From IMG/VR virus record IMGVR_UViG_3300024262_000018, positions 49,960-113,959 of that record: DNA of 64,000 nt; one strand, written 5' to 3'. Origin of the DNA: a virus. The notes beneath the pieces are model-generated. The model saw only the letters and a program-made list of their open reading frames with translations. It searched no databases and was not told the origin of the DNA. The stretch's first letter is position 1; every line of letters begins with the position of its first letter. Both the position numbers and the translations under genes were made by a program. This document shows positions 49,048 through 56,058 of the stretch, piece after piece.

Positions 49048-49122
49048 ATGAAACGAATGTTTAAACATATTAATGTAGAGAATACATGGGTCTTTAAGAC
49101 CCGTTTAAGCGTTCGTGCGTAA
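49048..49122 (+). CDS. putative attenuator leader peptide (11-amino-acid sensor), 24 aa
   Basis: AGGTGA RBS; MKRMFKHINVENTWVFKTRLSVRA*. Confidence 0.75.
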   Translation: MKRMFKHINVENTWVFKTRLSVRA

Positions 49123-49142
49123 AGCCTTTCCTTCTTAAAAAA

Positions 49143-49175
49143 GCTCATCGCACAAAAATGCGATGGGCTTTTTTT
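49143..49175 (+). terminator. putative attenuator terminator 2
   Basis: GCTCATCGCA-CAAAAA-TGCGATGGGC-T7; competing GTGCG (49115-19) pairs with CGCAC (49149-53). Confidence 0.85.
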
Positions 49176-49199
49176 ATTGATAATAAGAAAGAATATAAA

Positions 49200-49358
49200 A
49201 TGAGTAAAAATAAAATAAATAATTTAATTAAAGAAATAGAAGGTACATTGAATAGTTGCTCTATTGTTGATATCGAATATCATTTTATCGAAGTAAAAGA
49301 TGAAATGCTTGAAAAGCTTCGAGAATTAAGAGCAGAATTAGGAATTTGGGATAAGTAA
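49200..49358 (+). CDS. small hypothetical protein
   Basis: ATG 49200, downstream of the terminator. Confidence 0.45.
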   Translation: MSKNKINNLIKEIEGTLNSCSIVDIEYHFIEVKDEMLEKLRELRAELGIWDK

Positions 49359-49365
49359 ATAATAT

Positions 49366-49440
49366 GGTGTCGTGAGTGTGACGGTTTAGCATTTTTGATT
49401 GTGAGTCAGAAGGAACCAGTTCGACTCTGGTACGATACCC
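49366..49440 (+). tRNA. tRNA-His(GTG)
   Basis: 8-bp acceptor including G-1, loop TTGTGAG. Confidence 0.88.
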
Positions 49441-49537
49441 GTTAAAAGAAAATGATATATTTTCTAGCATACAATTGATATATAAATAGAGCGAAGAAAA
49501 CGTTTTAAGGGTGGAAGGTGTTGATCCGCCCTTATAC

Positions 49538-49608
49538 ACGCTCTTGGTGTAACAGCAGCACAGGAATCTCCAAAATTTCAAGCGAAAGTGCAAATCTTTC
49601 AGGGCGTG
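49538..49608 (+). tRNA. tRNA-Trp(CCA)
   Basis: GGAAT-CTCCAAA-ATTTC. Confidence 0.85.
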
Positions 49609-49615
49609 TTAATAC

Positions 49616-49688
49616 GGGTACTGAGCAAGTCTAGTGATTGCGCAAGTCTGAAGAACTTGAGAAATTGGAGCATAACCAATAGTACCCA
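49616..49688 (+). tRNA. tRNA-Phe(GAA)
   Basis: CAAGT-CTGAAGA-ACTTG; atypical T-loop AGCATAA. Confidence 0.8.
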
Positions 49689-49705
49689 TTTAAAATTGAT
49701 TTAAC

Positions 49706-49819
49706 GTGGCGGTTGCATAATGGCAATGCAGCAGGAGACTTGAAAATGGTCTGTGGACATTATTTATACTGCGAGGGGTTAGACACCATCAAATATAGGT
49801 TCGATTCCTGTCCGTCATA
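49706..49819 (+). ncRNA. tRNA-like RNA with expanded central region
   Basis: GTGGCGG/CCGTCAT acceptor, GCAT/ATGC D-arm, ATAGG-TTCGATT-CCTGT T-arm, about 60-nt insert with no clean anticodon arm. Confidence 0.55.
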
Positions 49820-49820
49820 T

Positions 49821-50342
49821 TTATAGAGGTAGAACAGAGTATGCGAAAGGAGACATCCTTCTTTGAGTCCCTGTAATCACTTCTATCTGTTTAGGACTGA
49901 TTACTCGAACAACAGTAGCAGGATTTTCAGATTCAGGGTATTTGATTAAAGACACTTTATCTCCTGGCTTTAAATTAGATAAATCATGTATCTGTAAAGT
50001 AGAAGTTTCTATAATTCTTGGTTTTCCTACAGTATCTCCAATGGTTATTAAAGAGAAACGATTGTTTTGTTGATATGGTCCCATATATGCACCAACAAAA
50101 GTTTGATTTGTTTTGGGATCTATAAAAATAACACCATCTCCAGCCTTAAAACTTTGTTGAGGTACATTTTGTTGAGGTACATTTTGTTGAGGTACATTTT
50201 GTTGAGGTGTGCTATTTTTTTGTTGTAGAATTTCTTGAACGTTAACCATACGTTGAGGAGCATCCTGTTGAGGCGCATTTTTTCTTTGTTGTAAAACTTC
50301 TTGAATATTAACCATGCGTTGAGAAAATTTATACCAGTTCAT
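49821..50342 (-). CDS. Gln-rich repeat protein (NWY N-terminus) antisense within the tRNA array
   Basis: MNWYKFSQ, duplicated QRMVNxQExLQQ, 15-nt PQQNV tandem repeats. Confidence 0.7.
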   Translation of the reverse strand: MNWYKFSQRMVNIQEVLQQRKNAPQQDAPQRMVNVQEILQQKNSTPQQNVPQQNVPQQNVPQQSFKAGDGVIFIDPKTNQTFVGAYMGPYQQNNRFSLITIGDTVGKPRIIETSTLQIHDLSNLKPGDKVSLIKYPESENPATVVRVISPKQIEVITGTQRRMSPFAYSVLPL

Positions 50343-50399
50343 AAAATATAATACAAAAAATAAAAGATTAAACCTTTTTAAATAAAAGCAAAAGTATTT

Positions 50400-50437
50400 G
50401 GGTCAGAAGCTCAATGGACGAGCGTTGAATTTCATAA
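50400..50437 (+). pseudogene. 5' half tRNA remnant upstream of an HNH gene
   Basis: GGGTCAG-AA-GCTCAATGGACGAGC-GTTGAATTTCATAA, no T-arm follows. Confidence 0.55.
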
Positions 50438-50454
50438 AGGTTTATAAGGTTTTA

Positions 50455-50482
50455 TAAAGTTTTATCGCAGCCCTGCCGATAA
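50455..50482 (+). promoter_or_regulatory. sigma28 (FliA)-type promoter
   Basis: TAAAGTTT-N12-GCCGATAA. Confidence 0.65.
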
Positions 50483-50518
50483 ATTAACAAGTCTTGTTAA
50501 TTACTGAAAGGGCTTAAA

Positions 50519-51271
50519 ATGAGCAAAGCCTCTGAAGCTGTAAAACTTTGGCGAAAAAGAACCAAAGAAAGAATAGTAGAATCTATGGGCGGTAAATGCG
50601 TCTGTTGCGGATATGATTATTGCAATGATGCTTTAGATTTACATCATTTAGACCCAACAGAAAAAGAATTTTGTTTTGGATCTATAAAAGCTAATTGCAA
50701 AAGCTGGGCAAAAATTGTTGTTGAACTAAGAAAATGTATTTTATTATGTAGCAGATGTCATAGAGAAATACATTCAAATATGCGACAGATTCCTAAAAAT
50801 CCTAAACGATTTGATGAAAATTATATTAATTACACTAATAACAATAGAAAACATAAAAAAAGTTATTGTCCTATATGTGGAAAAGAAAAAGAAGAATTTA
50901 ATAAAACATGTTCTCATTCCTGTGCCGCCAAATTAAATAAAATGACCGACTCTGATTGGGAAAAAATTGACATATATGATCTTAGAGTTAATAAAAATTT
51001 TAATTGGTGTCAAATAGCAGATATGGTTGGGATATCAAGCTCAGCAGCACAAAAGCGTTTTAAAAAAATATATGGAAAATGGGTATATGGAAAAAGAGTA
51101 TATATCCCTCGCCTTAAACAACGAAAAGTAGAAAGACCTACAGAAGAACAAATTCTAGAAGATTTAAAAAAAATGTCTTGTTGTGCTGTTGGTCGAAAAT
51201 ATAATGTTTCTGATAACTGTATAAGAAAATGGTTAAAGTATTATAAAAAAGAAAAGAACACTAAAAAATAA
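50519..51271 (+). CDS. HNH homing endonuclease with C-terminal HTH
   Basis: GGKCVCCGY...LDLHHLDP...KCILLCSRCHREIH; VGRKYNVSDNCIRKW. Confidence 0.85.
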   Translation: MSKASEAVKLWRKRTKERIVESMGGKCVCCGYDYCNDALDLHHLDPTEKEFCFGSIKANCKSWAKIVVELRKCILLCSRCHREIHSNMRQIPKNPKRFDENYINYTNNNRKHKKSYCPICGKEKEEFNKTCSHSCAAKLNKMTDSDWEKIDIYDLRVNKNFNWCQIADMVGISSSAAQKRFKKIYGKWVYGKRVYIPRLKQRKVERPTEEQILEDLKKMSCCAVGRKYNVSDNCIRKWLKYYKKEKNTKK

Positions 51272-51278
51272 ATTACAT

Positions 51279-51353
51279 TCCCCTGTAGCTCAATTGGTAG
51301 CATGCGTTCGGCTGTTAACCGAAAGGTTGCTGGTTCGACTCCAGCCGGGGGAG
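51279..51353 (+). tRNA. tRNA-Asn(GTT)
   Basis: TTCGG-CTGTTAA-CCGAA. Confidence 0.92.
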
Positions 51354-51360
51354 TTTACAT

Positions 51361-51453
51361 TCCGGGATATGCTAACTGGGAAGCAACTTGACCGTTAATC
51401 AAGTGTAATCGAGTAGAGAATACCGTATCCAGGTTCGAGTCCTGGTCCCGGAG
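51361..51453 (+). tRNA. tRNA-Asn(GTT), C33 and long variable region
   Basis: CTTGA-CCGTTAA-TCAAG plus 25-nt variable region. Confidence 0.8.
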
Positions 51454-51459
51454 TTTCAT

Positions 51460-51533
51460 CTTCCTATAGCTCAACGCGAGAGCATGCTCCATCGGGGAGC
51501 AATACGCAGGTCCAACTCCTGCAAGGAAGACCA
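51460..51533 (+). tRNA. atypical tRNA, possibly Arg(TCG), with encoded CCA
   Basis: TGCTC-CATCGGG-GAGCA arm (A33), T-loop TCCAACT, ends ACCA. Confidence 0.55.
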
Positions 51534-51536
51534 TTT

Positions 51537-51609
51537 GGGTCTATAACATAGTGGAATAATGTATCTGGCTCTTACCCAGAAAACCAAGGTTCGATTCCTT
51601 GTGGACCTA
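51537..51609 (+). tRNA. tRNA-Lys(CTT)
   Basis: TCTGG-CTCTTAC-CCAGA. Confidence 0.88.
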
Positions 51610-51623
51610 TTGTATAATATTAC

Positions 51624-51695
51624 GGGCTTTAAACTTAGATAGCGAAGTAACACTCTTTTAAAGTGTAAAGGACAGTGCAAGTCTGTCAAGGCCCA
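51624..51695 (+). tRNA. tRNA-Lys(TTT)
   Basis: ACACT-CTTTTAA-AGTGT. Confidence 0.82.
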
Positions 51696-51697
51696 TT

Positions 51698-51913
51698 ATG
51701 AATAATTGTAAATATTTTCCTTGTCACGAAAAAATGGATGATTGTAGATTTTGCTACTGTCCGCTTTATCCCTGTTTAAAAATTTATAGGGGCGGAAAAA
51801 TGATTATAAATCAAAGTGATAAAGAAATTTGGGATTGTAGCGGTTGCAACAAACTTCATAATAAAAAAGTCGCAGAAAGATTAGATAGATTTATTAATAG
51901 AAAAATAAAATGA
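51698..51913 (+). CDS. cysteine-rich small domain protein
   Basis: CKYFPCH...CRFCYCPLYPC...WDCSGC..LH. Confidence 0.8.
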   Translation: MNNCKYFPCHEKMDDCRFCYCPLYPCLKIYRGGKMIINQSDKEIWDCSGCNKLHNKKVAERLDRFINRKIK

Positions 51914-52173
51914 AAAAATGTAAAACAATGACACAATGCAAATTAGAACTCAATGGCCTTATAGATGTGGCCTGGATTCCTACTAAATTCGCCAAAAAAG
52001 ATAATTACTTAGAAATTCAAGGAGTCAATGGTTGGAAAGTATTAGAAGTCTGGACAACTGAAGATACGGATGAAGTCAGAGATCAAGAGCAAGATTACAA
52101 AAAGACTCGTATAACATCCGATATGCCTCATGGAACCTTATCAGATACAGTTAAGAAGGCAATGGAAAAATGA
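51910..52173 (+). CDS. hypothetical protein
   Basis: ORF coupled to both neighbours. Confidence 0.6.
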   Translation: MKKCKTMTQCKLELNGLIDVAWIPTKFAKKDNYLEIQGVNGWKVLEVWTTEDTDEVRDQEQDYKKTRITSDMPHGTLSDTVKKAMEK

Positions 52174-52646
52174 TTAAAGTAATAACAGACGATCTATTAA
52201 CAACTGATATCCAATACATTGCCCATCAATGTAATTGTGTCAGTAAAAAATCTGCTCATCTTTCTAGAGATATATTTGAAGAATTTTCTTATGCAGATGT
52301 TTATACTGGGAGAACTGTTCCCGATACTTTGGGGACGGTAAAAGTTCGCGGCAATGGGAAAGAGGAACGATATGTAATAAATATGTTTGGGCAATATTAT
52401 CCAGGAACAGTAAGATATCCCAAAAGCCCTAAAGATAATTATCAAGCGAGAGAAAGAGCCTTTAAGTCTTGCCTAGAAGACATCGAGAAGATCCCAGGAT
52501 CGACTGAGATCGCTTTTCCTTATAAAATAGGTTGTGGAGCCGCTGGAGGAGATTGGGTAATTTACAAAAAAATGTTAGAAGATTTCGCAGAAAGAGTTTA
52601 TCCTTTTATCGATGTATATATTATTAAATTAAAAACGTCCTTATAG
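52170..52646 (+). CDS. macrodomain protein (OARD1/DarG-like)
   Basis: IAHQCNC...INMFGQ...IAFPYKIGCGAAGGDW. Confidence 0.85.
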   Translation: MIKVITDDLLTTDIQYIAHQCNCVSKKSAHLSRDIFEEFSYADVYTGRTVPDTLGTVKVRGNGKEERYVINMFGQYYPGTVRYPKSPKDNYQARERAFKSCLEDIEKIPGSTEIAFPYKIGCGAAGGDWVIYKKMLEDFAERVYPFIDVYIIKLKTSL

Positions 52647-52710
52647 TGAAAATGGATCATCACGACTTTTTACGGAAAAGTAATTCCGGGTTCGAGTCCT
52701 GGTAGGGATA
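52637..52710 (+). tRNA. tRNA-Arg(ACG)
   Basis: ACTTT-TTACGGA-AAAGT. Confidence 0.88.
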
Positions 52711-52712
52711 TT

Positions 52713-53426
52713 ATGAAAGTAGAATTAAACATAACATTGGCTTGCAATCTCTCTTGTCACGGTTGTGATAGGATGTGTAATATCTATAAAAATCGCACAG
52801 AACACATGTCTTTAGAACAAATTGACAAATTTATAAAGCACTCAAAAGGAAGGACAATTGAGAGAATAAAAATACTTGGAGGAGAACCATTATTACATCC
52901 TCAATTTGTTGAGATATATAATAAATTAATGTTTGCTTTTATAGGAAACAGACGAACTAGATTAATAAAAGTAGAAAGTAATCATTTACTCCCTATCCCG
53001 GATATAAAACAAACCTTTTCAATGCTGGTTGCGGGCGTTGACCCTATAGAAAAAAAACATTTACCTTATTGGTGGCATCCTAAAGATTTGGGATATGATA
53101 TCCCCGCACAGTATAAGTGTCGTCATCTAAATAGATGTGGAACATCATTAGATAAATACGGATACTTACCATGTTCCGCCGCAATTATGCTTGTTAGACT
53201 ATTCGGTTTGACAGATTTATATAGAGATTATTTACCTTATAAACCTTGGGGACTAGAGAAATTGTGCCAACATTGCATATTTGGTATGTCGAAGAGTTGG
53301 AGAGCGAAACATTCTAAATATATAAAAGAATTTCCTGAAGAATACAAAATCCCAACGAAAAGATTTAAAGAGGCGATGGAAAAGTTTGATCATAACGAGT
53401 TTTACAAGACGCAAAAAGAATTTTAA
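52713..53426 (+). CDS. radical SAM protein
   Basis: CNLSCHGC, LGGEPLLHP, C-terminal Cys cluster. Confidence 0.85.
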   Translation: MKVELNITLACNLSCHGCDRMCNIYKNRTEHMSLEQIDKFIKHSKGRTIERIKILGGEPLLHPQFVEIYNKLMFAFIGNRRTRLIKVESNHLLPIPDIKQTFSMLVAGVDPIEKKHLPYWWHPKDLGYDIPAQYKCRHLNRCGTSLDKYGYLPCSAAIMLVRLFGLTDLYRDYLPYKPWGLEKLCQHCIFGMSKSWRAKHSKYIKEFPEEYKIPTKRFKEAMEKFDHNEFYKTQKEF

Positions 53427-53428
53427 AC

Positions 53429-53501
53429 GGGCGATTAGGAAAGTAGCTAATCCGATTGTTTTACACGCAATAAATCACTGGTGCAAATCCAGTATCGCCT
53501 A
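53429..53501 (+). tRNA. tRNA-Val(TAC)
   Basis: ATTGT-TTTACAC-GCAAT. Confidence 0.85.
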
Positions 53502-53522
53502 TTATATCAAGGGAGATGGAAT

Positions 53523-54029
53523 ATGAAAATAGAGATGTTCAAAGGTAAATTGTTAGAAGACGATATTCTTATTATGTCAAAAGATGAATTATTGGAAAAA
53601 CAAAGTTTTGAAGAAAGTCCTATTGGTCGAATGTGCTGGATGCAGGTTTTTACTAATTTATCTGGATATCCTTGTATTCAGCCAGTAAAGGCAGGAAGCA
53701 AATTCGCCCGATGGAGTCCTAATCTTGAAGTAATTGAAGAATCTAAAAACGAAGAAAGCATTCCTATAATAATCTTTGAAGATGATGGATATATTGTTAA
53801 TTTAAATGCATTAGATGACTCTCCATTTTTAACTGACGAAAAAGGAACATGTTGTGGATCGGGCTCAAGTTTGGCTTTCAGTGATGATGGTGAAACTTGG
53901 TATATCTTTGGAGACGATCCTTTTTCAATCGATATAGATGAAGATGAACAATACTATAGCAAAAGAGTTATGGACACTGTTAAAAAATTAAAGGAGCAAG
54001 GAGTTCTGTTTGTTTTAAATTATCTATAA
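53523..54029 (+). CDS. hypothetical acidic protein
   Basis: ATG 53523 after GGAG. Confidence 0.6.
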   Translation: MKIEMFKGKLLEDDILIMSKDELLEKQSFEESPIGRMCWMQVFTNLSGYPCIQPVKAGSKFARWSPNLEVIEESKNEESIPIIIFEDDGYIVNLNALDDSPFLTDEKGTCCGSGSSLAFSDDGETWYIFGDDPFSIDIDEDEQYYSKRVMDTVKKLKEQGVLFVLNYL

Positions 54030-54037
54030 TTTTACAA

Positions 54038-54112
54038 ACCCCTATCGTCTAATCGGTTTAGGTACACTGGATTCTCAGTCCAGAAATCGGAGTTCGAATC
54101 TCCGTAGGGGTA
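54038..54112 (+). tRNA. tRNA-Glu(CTC)
   Basis: CTGGA-TTCTCAG-TCCAG. Confidence 0.9.
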
Positions 54113-54118
54113 TTAAAC

Positions 54119-54193
54119 GCCGTCATCGTCTAAATGGTTTAGGATACTTGATTTTCAGTCAAGCAGATCAGGGTTCGAATCCCTGTGGCGGTA
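54119..54193 (+). tRNA. tRNA-Glu(TTC)
   Basis: CTTGA-TTTTCAG-TCAAG. Confidence 0.9.
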
Positions 54194-54212
54194 TTAAATA
54201 AGGAGATCATAT

Positions 54213-54506
54213 ATGGATGTTGAAAAATATATAAAACATATTAAAGATTGTCATGAAAGAACAGTTATTGCTGGCAAAATGGTTTGTCATGATGGGGATT
54301 GTGGAATATATGGATGTAATGTTCCTGTTTGCACTTGTGGATTATTACACAAAATAAAACCTTTTGCCGCCTCATATCCAGAAGAAGCAATGAAGTTATA
54401 TCCTAAATATGAGGAAGATTTAGAAAAACAAAGTGTTTGGGAAACTTTAGATCAATACATTGACGAGAAAGATATAAAAAAGTTGTTAGAATTTTTAACA
54501 ATTTGA
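54213..54506 (+). CDS. hypothetical Cys/His-rich protein
   Basis: AAGGAG RBS; CHDGDC...CTCGLLH. Confidence 0.65.
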   Translation: MDVEKYIKHIKDCHERTVIAGKMVCHDGDCGIYGCNVPVCTCGLLHKIKPFAASYPEEAMKLYPKYEEDLEKQSVWETLDQYIDEKDIKKLLEFLTI

Positions 54507-54511
54507 ATTAC

Positions 54512-54584
54512 GCGATTATAGCTTAATTAGAAAAGCATCCGACCGATAATCGGAAGAGTTCTGGTGCGAGTCCAGATAATCGCA
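54512..54584 (+). tRNA. tRNA-Ile(GAT)
   Basis: TCCGA-CCGATAA-TCGGA (C33). Confidence 0.88.
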
Positions 54585-54591
54585 TTTAATT

Positions 54592-54663
54592 GTTTCTATG
54601 GTGAAATGGATATCATATTTTTCTCCTAAAAAAAAGTTTCCGGTTCGAATCCGGATAGAGATA
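54592..54663 (+). tRNA. tRNA-Arg(CCT)
   Basis: TTTTT-CTCCTAA-AAAAA. Confidence 0.85.
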
Positions 54664-54670
54664 TTAAGTC

Positions 54671-54743
54671 GCTCTTATGGTGAAATGGACTATCATATTT
54701 TTCTTCTAAAAAAAAGTTTCCGGTTCGAATCCGGATAAGAGTA
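54671..54743 (+). tRNA. tRNA-Arg(TCT)
   Basis: TTTTT-CTTCTAA-AAAAA. Confidence 0.85.
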
Positions 54744-54750
54744 GTTTTTT

Positions 54751-54822
54751 GCTCCCTAAACATTGCCGGTGATGCCTTAGCCCGTAACTAAGTACAAGTC
54801 AGTTCGAGTCTGACAGGGAGCT
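54751..54822 (+). tRNA. tRNA-Thr(CGT)
   Basis: CTTAG-CCCGTAA-CTAAG (C33). Confidence 0.82.
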
Positions 54823-54827
54823 TCTAT

Positions 54828-54899
54828 GCCGATTAATCATAGAAAGCGATGAACCTGTCCGGTACACAGGATAGAGAGGTGCATGTCCTCTAGTCGGCT
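54828..54899 (+). tRNA. tRNA-Thr(GGT)
   Basis: CCTGT-CCGGTAC-ACAGG (C33). Confidence 0.82.
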
Positions 54900-54902
54900 T
54901 TA

Positions 54903-55238
54903 TGAACTACTCCAGGCTAAAGCCCCGGAGTTTCCTCACTCAACGAGTGAACTTACTCTAACACTATGAATACTTTTAAGTTTATCCATAATAGAAAGAA
55001 TAGAGGTTCTACTCTCCTGAGGCTTTAATTCCCTATATTCCGTAGGTACTCGTTTATCTTTTAATCCTTCTCTCAATATGTTTCTTGAAGCATTTACGTC
55101 TCTATCTTCTTCACAACCACAACTTGGACAAACATAAGTTCTTTTATCTTGAGACATTTTTTGTTTATTTCCACAGCTAAAGCATAACTGAGAAGAAGGA
55201 AAAAATCTATTTATTTCTATAGTAAGATGTGCCGCCAC
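54903..55238 (-). mobile_element. tnpB: IS200/IS605-family remnant: TnpB C-terminus plus right-end hairpin
   Basis: FFPSSQLCFSCG...YVCPSCG...DRDVNASRNI; end GAAACTCCGGGGCTTTAGCCTGGAGTAGTTCA on the minus strand. Confidence 0.85.
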
Positions 55239-55402
55239 AAATGCGGCTTGTGCTCATACTGAATCAAGAAATAGAGATTGGTGGATGGATAAATATTATA
55301 ATTTGAAAAAACAATTTGATAAAATTACACAAGAGTCTTTGGTCGTTAAAGCTTCTTGATTCAGAAAAGTACTAAATTGTTTTTGTTTGCGAAAATAAAA
55401 TT

Positions 55403-55474
55403 GCCCGCGTAGCTTAACTAGTAGAGTCCCTGTTTTGTACTCAGGAGGTACGGGTGCGAGTCCTGTCGCGGGCT
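55403..55474 (+). tRNA. tRNA-Thr(TGT)
   Basis: GCCCGCG/CGCGGGC acceptor, loop TTTGTAC. Confidence 0.85.
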
Positions 55475-55480
55475 GTATTT

Positions 55481-55553
55481 AGCGGTATCGTATAATGGTT
55501 TATTACATCTTTTTCATAAGGAGAAAATCAAGGTTCAATTCCTTGTACCGCTA
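55481..55553 (+). tRNA. tRNA-Met(CAT)
   Basis: TCTTT-TTCATAA-GGAGA. Confidence 0.85.
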
Positions 55554-55633
55554 TTCTTAAAGGAAAAACTTTAAAAAAATATAAAGAGTGAGTGCTAAAA
55601 TACTTACTCTTTTTCTATTTAGAGGAGATAACT

Positions 55634-56056
55634 ATGTTACCGGTATTAGCTATTTTATGGTTTATTTTGGGATTTTGTTGGTATACTTTTTGCCTTTTAG
55701 GATATTATTATCAATGGAAAATTTTTACCGACAATATCAATATCTGGAACCCTATGCTAGCAAGGACAACCTATAGCAAAACAACTAATTACATAATTAT
55801 GGGGGCCTGTGCTTTAGTTGGACTTGTCGGGGCTGTTGGATTATGGTTTGGATGTCTTTGGGCGATTATATTGGCAGTATTAGTAAGCGGCAATGAGGTT
55901 TATCGCGGTGCTACTTATTATATGCAAGAGGGATTATACTGGGAAACGGTTAAGCATATGATAATTCACGCTTTTGTTGTAGGTTATATATTCTCCTGGG
56001 TTCTTTTCGTTAAGTATGCTGTTTTCGCTATGATAGCTGCTTGGATAGGATTATAA
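55634..56056 (+). CDS. multi-pass membrane protein
   Basis: GAGGAG RBS; several hydrophobic segments. Confidence 0.7.
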   Translation: MLPVLAILWFILGFCWYTFCLLGYYYQWKIFTDNINIWNPMLARTTYSKTTNYIIMGACALVGLVGAVGLWFGCLWAIILAVLVSGNEVYRGATYYMQEGLYWETVKHMIIHAFVVGYIFSWVLFVKYAVFAMIAAWIGL

Positions 56057-56058
56057 AA

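Noticed and set aside
50400-50437. tRNA-Sec/opal (TCA) reading of the tRNA fragment
   Set aside because: The register is ambiguous (TCA or CAT), and there is no 3' stem, T-arm or long Sec-type arm.
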